This document shows, one piece after another, positions 1 through 13,200 of a stretch of DNA of 64,000 nucleotides; the stretch's first letter is position 1, and each line of letters begins with the position of its first letter. The notes beneath the pieces are model-generated. The model was not told the DNA's origin, did not search any database, and saw only the letters and a program-made list of their open reading frames with translations. Origin of the DNA: Macrostomum lignano (Eukaryota). The stretch is taken from NCBI GenBank assembly GCA_002269645.1, contig NIVC01001265.1:62001-126000 (forward strand). The letters run 5' to 3'. A program made the position numbers and the translations under genes.

Positions 1-3000
1 GGCGACGGCCGCAATGCCGGCGACTCGCATCGGCGGAAAGTCGCCATAGTCGCCGTTGACGAAGGTGCCAAAGCGGAGTGTCTTCAGCCAGAATACGTGC
101 AGGACTGCGGGGTGCGACGGGGAATCTTTGGTTAATTATCCTGTTCTGTCAATGCCAGTCTACATGCTAACAGTCTGTCACTCTCCGCCTTCTGTTCTGT
201 CACTCTGACACTGTAGCAGTCTGTCACTCTCCGTCTTCTAGTCTGTCACTCTCCGTCTTCTAGTCTGTCACTCTGACACTGAAGCAGTCTGTCACTCTCC
301 GCCTTCTGTTCTGTCACTCTAACATTGTAGCAGTCTGTCACTCTCCGCCTTCTGTTCTGTCACTCTGACACTGTAGCAGTCTGTCACTCTCCGTCTTCTA
401 GTCTGTCACTCTGAATTGAAGCAGTCTGTCACTCTCCGCCTTCTGTTCTGTCACTCTGACACTGTAGCAGTCTGTCACTCTCAGTCGTGTGTTTTTAGGT
501 TAAATATTTTTTCGCAATTTTTGTCACAATTCGCACATCCCAGCTTAATGGCACTTTGGCTAGAATTTTCCCTTCCTCATTAATAATTAACGAGCTTAGG
601 CATCGGAGCCAGGACATGAAGAAGACTCAGCGAAAATCATAATTGAATTTTTATGCAGCTGACAAAGCTATATTTCTGGTTAAGCTGGTTGTCTGATGCA
701 TTTATCAGTCTACTGCCTGATCGTCAGATTCGAACCAAATTTGACATCTGATCGGATTAAAGAGATTTATATAAGGGTAAAATTTCAATATTTCAGGATA
801 GCAACAGGGTTGAATTATAAATCCGCGTGTCAGCGCATTCCGGATCCCACAGACTAAGTGGATTAACCGGCTTATTTGATTTCAAGGCTCAGAAATTTCC
901 GTCTGTCTCAAGATGCGATTCGTTGCTGCTTTTAAGCCCTCAAAAGTGCTGGGAAACGCCCGGTAAATTTCCCGAAGTTGAAGGGTAGAGGAGGGAGGAA
1001 GGGAGAAGGGGAAGAGAGAGGAAGGAAGAAAATAGAGGGGGAGAAACAGATTGGAGGTATGGAGATAAGGAGAGAGGAAGGGAGGATAGAAAGGTGGGAG
1101 AAGAAGTGAAGAGAAGAAGGGAAGAGAAGAAGGGAAGAGAGGAAAGGTGGAGAGGAAGGGAAAAGAGAAAGGGGGGAGAGAGGGAGAGAGGGAGGAGAAG
1201 AAGGGCAAGAGCAGCGGAGCACTCACGCAGCTCGACCACAATAGCCAGCAGCAGTCCGAAGCTGACCAGCAGGTGGTAGGTGAAGAAGTTGCCCAGGTGC
1301 AGCAGGAGGAACAGGATGCAGTTGGAGCCGGCGGCGCCGAACACGAACTGCCAGGGCGTGGCGACCGACAGCCCCGGCTCCAGGCGGAACCAGACCGACA
1401 GCAGCAGCACTCCGGGCCACAGGACCACCAGGGTGCAGACACCTACGGCCATGCGGTGACCCGTTCTTTAGAGATTCCCAAACTATTGGCTCCAGCAACC
1501 ACCTCACTCCACATGTACACACCTGACTCCCCGCCCCAGCAACCACCTCACTCCACATGTACACACCCGACTTCCCGCTCCGGCACCTCCTCACTCCACA
1601 TGTACACACCCGACTTCCCGCTCTAGCAACCACCTCACTCCACATGTACACACCCGACTTCCCGCTCCGGCAACCACCTCACTCCACATGTACACACCCG
1701 ACTTCCCGCTCTAGCAACCACCTCACTCCACATGTACACACCCGACTTCCCGCTCCGGCAACCACCTCACTCCACATGTACACACTCGACTTCCCGCTCT
1801 AGCAACCACCTCACTCCACATGTACACACCCGATTTCCCGCTCCGGCAACCACCTCACTCCACATGTACACACCCGACTTCCCGCTCTAGCAACCACCTC
1901 ACTCTACATGTACACTCCCGACTTCCCGCTCCGGCAACCACCTCACTCCACATGTGCACACCCGACTTCCCGCTAAAGTAACCACCTCACTCCACATGTA
2001 CACACTCGACTCCCCGCTCCAGCAACCACCTCACTCCACATGTACACACCAGCTGTCCGCTGTACATTTAATTCTGGCTCACCGATAACGGACATCACCA
2101 GCATCACTTGACCAAGGTGCGGTATATAGGGCACCAAGGTGCGATCAAGCACGGTCTGAAAAATTAATGCAATAAATAATTCATTTTTAGTATATAGGAC
2201 TTCAGAGACTATATTATTTTACCAAAACACAGAACTAACCCGAAAAATAGCAAAACTTCCAGCTGAGAAGGCCGCCAGAGTTCTTAGCAGCATTGTACTC
2301 TTGTTGATGTACACCAGCAAGATAAGGCCGCTGGTGCCCAGCAGGAAAGCAATTATCTGCAAATTTGAATTTGAAACGGTTGACATTGACCACCTCAGTC
2401 CCTGCCCCTCGCTCCCTGCCCCTCACTCCCTGCCCCTCACTCCCCGCCCCTCACTCCCTGCCCCTCACTCCCTGCCCCTCACTCCCTGCCCCTCACTCCC
2501 TGCCCCTCACTCCCCGCCCCTCACTCCCTGCCCCTCACTCCCTGCCCCTCGCTTCCTGCCCCTCACTCCCTGCCCCTCACTCCCTGCCCCTCACTCCCTG
2601 CCCCTCACTCCCTGCCCCTCACTCCCTGCCCCTCACTCCCTGCCCCTCACTCTCTGCCCCTCACTCCCTGCCCCTCACTCCCTGCCCCTCGCTTCCTGCC
2701 CCTCACTCCCTGCCCCTCACTCCCTGCCCCTCACTCCCTGCCCCTCACTCCCTGCCCCTCACTCCCTGCCCCTCACTCCCTGCCCCTCACTCCCTGCCCC
2801 TCACTCCCTGCCCCTCGCTTCCTGCCCCTCACTCCCTGCCCCTCACTCCCTGCCCCTCACTCCCTGCCCCTCACTCCCTGCCCCTCACTCCCTGCCCCCC
2901 ACTCCCTGCCCCTCACTCCCTGCCCCTCACTCCCTGCCCTCACTCCCTGCCCCTCACTCCCTGCCCCTCACTCCCTGCCCCTCACTCCCTGCCCCTCACT

Positions 3001-6000
3001 CCCTGCCCCTCACTCCCTGCCCCTCACTCCCTGCCCCTCACTCCCTGCCCCTCACTCCCTGCCCCTCACTCCCTGCCCCCCACTCCCTGCCCCCCACTCC
3101 CAATCCAAAATTCAAGCCAAGCAATCAGCAGCTCACTCGAATGCCAAGAAATTTTCTCTGCAGCACTACCCAACTGAGCAGGTAGGTGAAGGACGGGCAA
3201 ACGGCAAATATGGTCATCATGTCCAGGCCGGGAATCATAGTTAGAGATCGGTAGATGCAGTAGAGCATGAAATCCCATAATAGTGTGAATACGGTTGCTC
3301 GGACTGCAAATATTTTGGCTTTGCTCAGCTCTCCCGTCATTATCACCATGTTTAGCCTGGAATTAGAACGGAAGTTTTATCTCATATTTGCTTACATTTG
3401 TAAGACTAGCTTTGTTGAATAGAATAGAATAGAATAGAATAGAATAGAATAGAATAGAATAGAATAGAATAGAATAGAATAGAATAGAATAGAATAGAAT
3501 AGAATAGAATAGAATAGAATAGAATAGAATAGAATAGAATAGAATAGAATAGAATAGAATAGAATAGAATAGAATAGAATAGAATGGAATAGAATAGAAT
3601 AGAATAGTATAGAATAGAATAGAATAGTATAGAATAGTATAGAATAGAATGGAATAGAATAGAATAGAATAGAATAGAATAGAATAGAATAGAATAGAAT
3701 AGAATAGAATAGAATAGAATAGAATAGAATAGAACAGAATAAAATAGAATAGTATAGAATAGTATAGAATAGTATAGAATAGAATAGAATACAGTAGAAT
3801 AGAATAGTATAGAATAGTATAGAATAGAATAGAATAGAATAGAATACAGTAGAATAGAATAGTATAGAATAGTATAGAATAGAATAGAATACAGTAGAAT
3901 AGAATAGTATAGAATAGAATAGAATAGAATAGTATAGAATAGAATAGAATAGTATAGAATAGAATAGAATAAAATAGAATAGAATAGTATAGAATAGTAT
4001 AGAATAGAATGGAATAGAATAGAATAGAATAGAATAGAATAGAATAGAATAGAATAGAATAGAATAGAATAGAATAGAATAGAATAGAATAGAACAGAAT
4101 AAAATAGAATAGTATAGAATAGTATAGAATAGTATAGAATAGAATAGAATACAGTAGAATAGAATAGTATAGAATAGTATAGAATAGAATAGAATAGAAT
4201 AGAATACAGTAGAATAGAATAGTATAGAATAGAATAGAATAGAATAGAATAAAATAGAATAGAATAGAATAGAACACCTGTGCAGATCCCTCAGCTGGCT
4301 GAGGTCGGGGCCGAGCCAGCAGGCGCAGAATGCCATATAGACAGGGTAGCTCAGCACCAGCAGCCCCCCGGACAGGTAGGTCAGCAGGAACGGCAGCTGC
4401 ACCGGTGTCGCAACAGCCGTAGCCGAGCCGACGTTCACCGCGCCCGCAGGCGTGGTGCCGGCACCGGCCAAGTCCAGCTCCGAGCCGTTGCTTCCAGCGC
4501 TGCCGTTGCCGCCATCGACGCCGCCGCTGCCGGCGCTACTGTCGGCGATGCCGTACAGCTGGAAGACGCTGTTGACGCAGACGATCCACAGGCAGCAGAC
4601 CACGCAGCTGAGCAGCAGGCCGTAGGCGATTTTCTTCAGCGCGTCGGCCGCGGCGGAGCTGCTTGTACTGTCGGCGACAACTGGAACGGTGCCCATCGCT
4701 GTGCCCGGCAGGCTGTTGGACACCTGTGACCTGTTGTTTTCCCGGCTGGGCGGCCGGCTTGAGAACTGCGAGTTGCGGTGCTGCTGCAGGTAGCCGGAGC
4801 TGCGCAGGCTGGCGTAGCTGGAGGCCAGCGTTTCCGAGAAGCTCGCCGGATCGCCTGCGGGTTGGCGGCGGGTCTCATCAGCTCCGAGCTCTGACTCATC
4901 ATCAGCTCCGAGCACTGACTCATCATCAGCTCCGATCTCTGACTCATCATCAGCTCCGAGCTCTGACTCATCATCAGCTCCGATCTCTGACTCATCATCA
5001 GCTCCGAGCACTGAGTCATCATCAGCTCCAATCTCTGACTCATCATCAGCTCCGATCTCTGACTCATCATCAGCTCCGAGCTCTGACTCATCATCAGCTC
5101 CGATCTCTGACTCATCATCAGCTCCGAGCTCTGACTCATCATCAGCTCCAATCTCTGACTCATCATCAGCTCCGATCTCTGACTCATCATCAGCTCCGAG
5201 CTCTGACTCATCATCAGCTCCGAGCTCTGACTCATCATCAGCTCCGAGCTCTGACTCATCATCAGCTCCGAGCTCTGACTCATCATCAGCTCCGAGCTCT
5301 GACTCATCGTCAGCTCCGAGCTCTGACTCATCATCAGCTCCGAGCTCTGACTCATCATCAGCTCCGAGCTCTGACTCATCATCAGCTCCGAGCTCTGACT
5401 CATCATCAGCTCCGAGCTCTGACTCATCATCAGCTCCGAGCTCTGACTCATCATCAGCTCCGAGCTCTGACTCATCATCAGCTCCGAGCTCTGACTCATC
5501 ATCAGCTCCGAGCTCTGACTCATCATCAGCTCCGAGCTCTGACTCATCATCAGCTCCGAGCTCTGACTCATCATCAGCTCCGAGCTCTGACTCATCATCA
5601 GCTCCGAGCTCTGACTCATCATCAGCTCCGAGCTCTGACTCATCATCAGCTCCGAGCTCTGACTCATCATCAGCTCCGAGCTCTGACTCATCATCAGCTC
5701 CGAGCTCTGACTCATCATCAGCTCCGAGCTCTGACTCATCATCAGCTCCGAGCTCTGACTCATCATCAGCTCCGAGCTCTGACTCATCATCAGCTCCGAG
5801 CTCTGACTCTACAACCCGTCACCACCATTCTCTACAACCCGTCACCATCATTCCCAAGCCAGAGTCCCCGACAGCCGCTCACCTTCGTGCATCCCCAATA
5901 GGCTGGACCTGCGCCTGGCCAAGTCCTGCAGCGCGTTGCCCAATTCAAGGTTGGCAGCGGGGCTTCGAGCGCCTCCGCTTGCCGCCGAGACCCGCTTGGA

Positions 6001-6060
6001 CTCCGGCGTCAGACTGGTTGAGACCCTCAGCTTTAGCAACTCCCTGGAGTTGTTGCTCTC
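1..6060 (-). CDS. SLC35F3: SLC35F3/SLC35F4-like solute carrier (DMT superfamily), multi-exon, 3' end beyond the window, 5' end uncertain
   Basis: Phase-consistent exons (minus strand): ~6060-5883, 5808(or inside the array)-4278, 3356-3137, 2356-2240, 2155-2083, 1442-1227, 104-<1. Peptides LWDFMLYCIYRSL..FTYLLSWVVLQRKFLGIR|IIAFLLGTSG, LGQVMLVMSVIG|VCTLVVLWP, PWQFVFG and FPPMRVAGIAAV follow the SLC35F3/F4 layout as I recall it (FVFLLSWIVLRDRFMGVRIVAAIL). The F3 vs F4 paralog cannot be resolved. Confidence 0.8.
171..484. repeat. ~46-bp minisatellite (GCAGTCTGTCACTCTCCGCCTTCTGTTCTGTCACTCTGACACTGTA), SLC35F intron
   Basis: Directly visible tandem copies with variants. Confidence 0.85.
985..1210. 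repeat. GA-rich polypurine tract, SLC35F intron
   Basis: Almost pure A/G on the plus strand. Confidence 0.85.
1495..2050. repeat. 44-bp minisatellite (GCAACCACCTCACTCCACATGTACACACCCGACTTCCCGCTCTA)
   Basis: About 12 tandem copies filling intron 2082-1443. Confidence 0.95.
2398..3100. repeat. 14-bp minisatellite (CCCCTCACTCCCTG)
   Basis: About 50 copies filling intron 3136-2357. Confidence 0.95.
3418..4273. repeat. (ATAGA)n pentanucleotide array
   Basis: Starts 4 nt from the splice donor. Variant blocks are duplicated internally. Confidence 0.95.
4874..5808. repeat. 24-bp array, 39 copies, (ESELGADD)n in the SLC35F reading frame
   Basis: Unit TCATCATCAGCTCCGAGCTCTGAC. In frame and stop-free with the downstream exon. 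Confidence 0.95.
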
Positions 6061-6626
6061 TAAACTTCTAAACTCTTAACGATTAGTAGTCAATGCCCCG
6101 TTTTAACAGGAACCTCGAGATATGAATATATATTAAGGCGTGGCTAGAGAAGTAAGAATATTGAGGTGGCTGCGAGCTGGGCCAGTCTCTATCTATCGCT
6201 ACTCGTCCCCAATAAGATGAGATAAACAAGCGTGCCCGGCGCCGATATCCGGGAGAGGCCGGTAGCAAGGCTGAAGTCTGGGACGAGAGAGAGAGTCAGG
6301 AAGAGGGGCGAGCCTCGAGCAAAGAGACGCCCTCTCAAGGGGAGGCTTTCTTCGAGAATCTTTGAGAGCAGAGAGACGGATGCGCACTCGGCCCCCCTCT
6401 GCACTGCACTGTACTCTCGCCGTCTGCACCTCTTCCCAGCTTCCCTACCCGAAGTCTTCCAATCCCAGTGCGAGTCACAAATGAGTCCCGAGCCATGGAG
6501 CTCTAGATGCAACATCTCTGGCACTATGAGTATTTTTATTATTTTCTGGACTTCTCAGCGGGCGTACGTGCTAGTTGAAGTTGTTAATAATCATTGAACA
6601 TAGTGAACAGGGACGTAAGCCAAGCG

Positions 6627-6792
6627 GGGTCATGAGGGTCAAGGGGTCATGGGGGTCAAGGGGTCATGGGGGTCATGGGGGTCATGGGGGTCAAGGTGTC
6701 ATGGGGGTCATGGGGGTCATGGGGGTCAAGGGGGTCATGGGGGTCAAGGGGGCCATGGGGTCAAGGGGGTTATGGGAGTCAAGGGGGTCATG
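6627..6792. repeat. 9-bp G-rich array GGGGTCA(T/A)G
   Basis: Visible tandem copies with G4-5 runs. Confidence 0.9.
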
Positions 6793-6884
6793 AAGCCCTC
6801 CCCCAGACTGCCAAACATTTAAATTCTGAATCCTAATTTATTATTGTCAACTAGTTAGGTGATAGTATATGTAAATCTCCCCTG

Positions 6885-7150
6885 TAGCGCTTAGTTGGCG
6901 TTAAAAATCTCATTTGTGGCGCTCGTTTGGCGCTAAAAATTTGAATCTTGGCGCTCACTTGGCGCTAAAAATCTGAATTGTGGCGCTCAATTGTGAAGTT
7001 CATTTGCCGCTGAAAATCTCAATTTTGCCGCTGAAAATCTTAATTTTGCCGCTGAAAATCTCAATTTTGGCGCTATTTGGCGCTAAAAATCTCGATTCCG
7101 GCGCTCATTTGGCGCTAAAAATCTGAATTGTGGCGCTCATTTGGCGCTAA
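6885..7150. repeat. ~22-bp degenerate array (TTGGCGCTAAAAATCTCAATT)
   Basis: Visible tandem copies. Confidence 0.8.
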
Positions 7151-7676
7151 TATCTCGACTCCAGCTGGCAGGCTACATCATTAGAGACGATTCGATGAGT
7201 GCACTGCCCACAGCCGCTGGTGCATTCGGCGTTTCGTCGACAGTCGCTTGGCCCAGAGACTTCGTGTCTCATGCTGACTTTCCTCTCCAGATTCTATTGT
7301 ATCAGGCAGTCCTTGACCAACGCAGCTTCCCTACCTGACTTACCTCTACTTTCTTCCCAATCCTTTTCACTCTTCCTAAATAATTATTTTCTTGGTAATT
7401 GGAAAAAAACTGTGGCCCAATAGCATGTAGAAATACGAGTTATTATTGCAGTCCCAATTCCAATAATTGGGCTGCGGCTCCGACCTCGGACAGAAAAGCA
7501 CTGAGGGAGGGACAGACGGTCAGCCCTATTGCTAATGAGAGTGCCGACTTGAGCCAATCAATGGGCAAACAGATGGCTTTGCCTCACCACTCTGTCTAAT
7601 GACTTTTTAGTGAGTGGACTCGCTCAGCTTCAGTATGGAGAAAGGACAATACGAGCTATCGAGAGGAATGTGTTGG

Positions 7677-8336
<660 letters not shown>

Positions 8337-8989
8337 TGAAAACTGACTTTAAACAAAAACTCTCCAACGTAAAATTAGTCACAACTTTTCAACAAAGCTT
8401 AATACAAACAATTTGCAACAAGTCTTAAAAGTGTATTTTGCACGTTTGCAATTGGCATTTGATGCTTCTTTGAGTCAGATTCGTACATTTCTAGCCAGGC
8501 TGTGTACACTATGGTTAAAGTTAATTTCGCATTAATCTCGTGCATTCAACCGGATGCTGTCATTTCGGTAGGGTTGAACATTAGATCACGAATGCTCAGC
8601 AGGGTGGAGTCGGGGCATCACGGGCAGATGAGATTCTTAATTGGCACTTGAAGAATAATTCATCCCGCTCTTATATTCCGCCAGCTCTCTTTCCAGGTAA
8701 ACTAGCTAGATCCAATTATTGGTTAATTAGTGAGAGATCTGCTTTTATAAAAGATTTCCCCTGAACCAGAAGCCTCGCTACAGCCAAATCAAGCTTTCAC
8801 TTCGAGGAGCAGTCCAGCGAAAGAAAAACTTAGCATGGCAAGAAGGAAATCATTAAAGGCCAAAGCGAGTGAGCAGCTTGGCATTGCAGGGCAAAAGAAA
8901 TGGAGAGGCCGCACAAGGAAGAAGAAAGTACAAATAGTTGTTAAGGAGCGGAGAAGCGGGAAGATGGAGAAACGGAGAGATGGCAAAAC

Positions 8990-10090
8990 AGGAAGATGGG
9001 GAAACGGAGTGATGGGAAGATGGAAGATGGGGAGAAGGAAAGATGGGGAGGATTTGGAAGATTGGGAATAGGGAAGATGCAGGGGAATAGAGAAAATAGG
9101 GAGAAGGGAAGATGGGGAGAAGGGAAGATGGGGAGAAGGGAAGATGGGGAGAAGGGAAGATGGGGAGAAGGGAAGATGGGGAGAAGGGAAGATGGGGAGA
9201 AGGGAAGATGGGGAGAAGGGAAGATGGGGAGAAGGGAAGATGGGGAGAAGGGAAGATGGGGAGAAGGGAAGATGGGGAGAAGGGAAGATGGGGAGAAGGG
9301 AAGATGGGGAGAAGGGAAGATGGGGAGAAGGGAAGATGGGGAGGATTGGGAAGATGGGGAATGGAGAAGATGGGGAGAAGGGAAGATGGGGAGAAGGGAA
9401 GATGGGGAGAAGGGAAGATGGGGAGAAGGGAAGATGGGGAGAAGGGAAGATGGGGAGAAGGGAAGATGGGGAGGATTGGGAAGATGGGGAATGGAGAAGA
9501 TGGGGAGAAGGGAAGATGGGGAGAAGGGAAGATGGGGAGAAGGGAAGATGGGGAGAAGGGAAGATGGGGAGAAGGGAAGATGGGGAGAAGGGAAGATGGG
9601 GAGAAGGGAAGATGGGGAGAAGGGAAGATGGGGAGAAGGGAAGATGGGGAGAAGGGAAGATGGGGAGGATTGGGAAGATGGGGAATGGAGAAGATGGGGA
9701 GAAGGGAAGATGGGGAGAAGGGAAGATGGGGAGAAGGGAAGATGGGGAGAAGGGAAGATGGGGAGAAGGGAAGATGGGGAGAAGGGAAGATGGGGAGAAG
9801 GGAAGATGGGGAGAAGGGAAGATGGGGAGAAGGGAAGATGGGGAGAAGGGAAGATGGGGAGAAGGGAAGATGGGGAGAAGGGAAGATGGGGAGAAGGGAA
9901 GATGGGGAGAAGGGAAGATGGGGAGGATTGGGAAGATGGGGAATGGAGAAGATGGGGAGAAGGGAAGATGGGGAGAAGGGAAGATGGGGAGAAGGGAAGA
10001 TGGGGCGAAGGGAAGATGGGGAGAAGGGAAGATGGGGAGAAGGGAAGATGGGGAGAAGGGAAGATGGGGAGAAGGGAAGATGGGGAATGG
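8990..10090. repeat. 16-bp G-rich array (GGGGAGAAGGGAAGAT)
   Basis: Roughly 60 copies with periodic GGAGGATTGG..AATGGAGAAGAT variants. Confidence 0.95.
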
Positions 10091-10222
10091 GATAATAAAT
10101 TGGGAGTGGTGGCTAAGTAAGCCTCTCAGAAGCAAGAAGTAGACAGGCAGACAGACAGGTTAATCAGATCTAGAGATTAAGGAGCATGATAAGAACAAAG
10201 GGATTGGAGCCACCGAGTCAGT

Positions 10223-13200
10223 TCACTTGGCAGCCTTGGCAGCCGCAGCCAGTTCTCTCTGTAGCAGCTGCAGCTGCTGCAGCCGGTCATTGTAGCAGCC
10301 CAGGAATGAGTTATTGGAGTAGATATTGGAGCGCATCCGCTCCATGCCCTCCAGTCGGGTGGGATCGTCCGAGTCCACCGGCGCGTCCTCCCAGTAGATG
10401 AGGTCGAAGCCGCCCACGCGCCGCTCGCGACCGGTCAGCCTGGCGCGGGGCAGGGGAGGCACTTGGAGTTTAATCTAGTCCAGATCTAGTCTAGTCCAGA
10501 TCTAGTCTAGTCTAATCCAGTCTAGTCTCACCCAGTCTAGTCTCATCCAGTTTAGTCTCATCCAGTCTGGTCTAGTCTAATCTAGTCTAGTCTAATCTAA
10601 TCTAACCCAGCCTAGTCTAATCTAGTCTAGTCTAATCTAATCTAATCTCGTCTAGTCTAATCTGCCTGATCTAATACAATATTATTCTATCCAATCTAAT
10701 CTGATGCACTCCAACCTGAGCTAATCCAACCTGAGCTAATCCAACCTGAGCTAATCCAACCTGAGCTAATCCAATCTGAGCTAATCCAACCTGAGCTAAT
10801 CCAATCTGAGCTAATCCAATCTGAGCTAATCCAATCTGAGCTAATCCAATCTGAGCTAATCCAACCTGAGCTAATCCAACCTGAGCTAATATAACCTGAG
10901 CTAATATAACCTGAGCTAATCCAACCTGAGCTAATCTAATCTGAGCTAATCCAACCTGGGCTAATCCAATCTGAGCTAATCCAACCTGAGCTAATCCAAT
11001 CTGAGCTAATCCAATCTGAGCTAATCCAGTCTGAGCTAATCCAATCTGAGCTAATATAACCTGAGCTAATATAACCTGAGCTAATATAACCTGAGCTAAT
11101 CCAACCTGAGCTAATCTAATCTGAGCTAATCCAACCTGGGCTAATCCAATCTGAGCTAATCCAACCTGAGCTAATCCAACCTGAGCTAATCCAACCTGAG
11201 CTAATCCAACCGACTGAACTCTCATCTACTCAGTGCAGCTCCAGCCGCTCACTTTCCCTCCATGTCCACAATGGTGAGGGTGTCCTCCAGCAGGCCGAAC
11301 TTCAAATCGTAGTCCTCCTTGGACGACGCAGTTAGCGAAGGCGACGCGTTGACCTCGATGAGCCAGGGCTGCAGGTCCGAGTCCAGCAGGATGTCGTAGC
11401 CGTAGAGCTCGAAGCAGTGCTTGTCGTTAATCATGATCTTCTGCACGCTCTGCAGACTCTTTAGAAAGATGTTGTCCATGTCACGGAATACCTGTTCAAC
11501 CTGGATGGATTGGCGCAGGCCGCTGGATTAAATTAATTAAACTGCTTCCCAAGGCAGCTCGCCGTAGTTATTGGTCACGAAATGTTTCGCTTTGTCTTGG
11601 TTGCGAATGCTGAATCAAGGACTGCTGTGTGTAGCGCTTGGACTGTATTATTTTGGCGCTTATTTTGGGGGTCCTTGCGCGTGGACCCTCTCGACACTGA
11701 TAAAAAGTGTGTACTAGTGTAAAAGTGTAGGGCTTTGCTGAACTTGTTGATTAGAGAGCAGTCACCCAAAGCGTAAAGATAAAGTTAATCGTTAAGCATG
11801 GATTTATTGGGGAATTTCTGAGATGCTCATGGGTTTACTGGGGAATTGCTCAGATGGTCATGGGTTTATTAGGGAATTGATTAAATGGTCATGGGCTCCT
11901 GTTTTGAATTTGTTTGAGAAGCTTAAAATTAGCTTAAAAAGAAAACTTTCCGGGTTAGCAACAAGTCACTTAACAAGTCTCAAACTCACTCTCTCAACGC
12001 CGTGCTTAGCAGTGAGGTACTCTCTCAGCTTAATGATGGACCATTTGGCACCTTTGTCCGGGTCATAGTCTGGGGCCGTCTTCTGCACAGCCACGTTGGT
12101 GAGGTGAACGTCTGGGTGAGGGGTTACGGATAAAGCAAAGATTAGCGATGGAATTGGGAATGAATAGTAATTTAAATTTAATCCCATTCTCAAGCGGCCT
12201 CAGCATCCATTATCCAGATCCTCATTCTCAGCATCATTCAGATCCTCAGCATCATTCAGATCCTCAGCATCATTCAAATATTCAGCATCATTTAGATCCT
12301 CAGCATCATTCACATCCTCAGCATCATTCAGATCCTCAGCATCATTCAGATCCTCAGCATCATTCAGATCCTCAGCATCATTCAGATCCTCAGCATCATT
12401 CAGATTCTCAGCATCATTCAGATCCTCAGCATCATTCCGATCCGCAGCATCATTCAGATCCTCAGCATCATTCAGATCCTCAGCATCATTCAGATCCTCA
12501 GCATCATTCAGATCCTCAGCATCATTCAGATCCTCAGCATTATTCAGATCATCAGCATCATTCAGAGCCTCATCTTCAGCCTCATCCTCAGCATCATTCA
12601 AATCCTCAGCATTATTTAGATCCTCAGCATCATTCAGAGGCTCCATCCTCAGCATCATTCAGACCCTTAGCATCATTCAGATCCTCAGCATCATTCAGAT
12701 CCTCAGCATCATTCAGATCCTCAGCATCATTCCGATCCTCAGCATCATTCAGATCCTCAGCATCATTCAAATATTCAGCATAATTTAGATCCTCAGCATC
12801 ATTCCGATTCTCAGCATCATTCAGATCCTCAGCATCATTCAGAGCCTCATCTTCAGCCTCATCCTCAGCATCATTCAAATCCTCAGCATTATTTAGATCC
12901 TCAGCATCATTCAGAGGCTCCATCCTCAGCATCATTCAGACCCTTAGCATCATTCAGATCCTCAGCATCATTCAGATCCTCAGCATCATTCAGATCCTCA
13001 GCATCATTCCGATCCTCAGCATCATTCAGATCCTCAGCATCATTCAAATATTCAGCATAATTTAGATCCTCAGCATCATTCCGATTCTCAGCATCATTCA
13101 GATCCTCAGCATCATTCAGAGCCTCATCTTCAGCCTCATCCTCAGCATCATTCAAATCCTCAGCATTATTTAGATCCTCAGCATCATTCAGAGGCTCCAT

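Noticed and set aside
4874-5808. Regular arrays superficially resembling CRISPR
   Set aside because: Units are contiguous with no unique spacers, the context is eukaryotic, and there are no cas genes. The same applies to all arrays here.
11555-11720. Plus-strand peptide [10 protein letters not shown] resembling an M48/OMA1 HExxH motif
   Set aside because: The second His is missing and no other OMA1 motifs (NAFVLP, SRKLEAEAD, STHP) could be found nearby.
11823-12068. 81-aa plus-strand ORF that looks helical
   Set aside because: Its first part is a degenerate 30-bp repeat and its end is the antisense of a TTLL9 exon.
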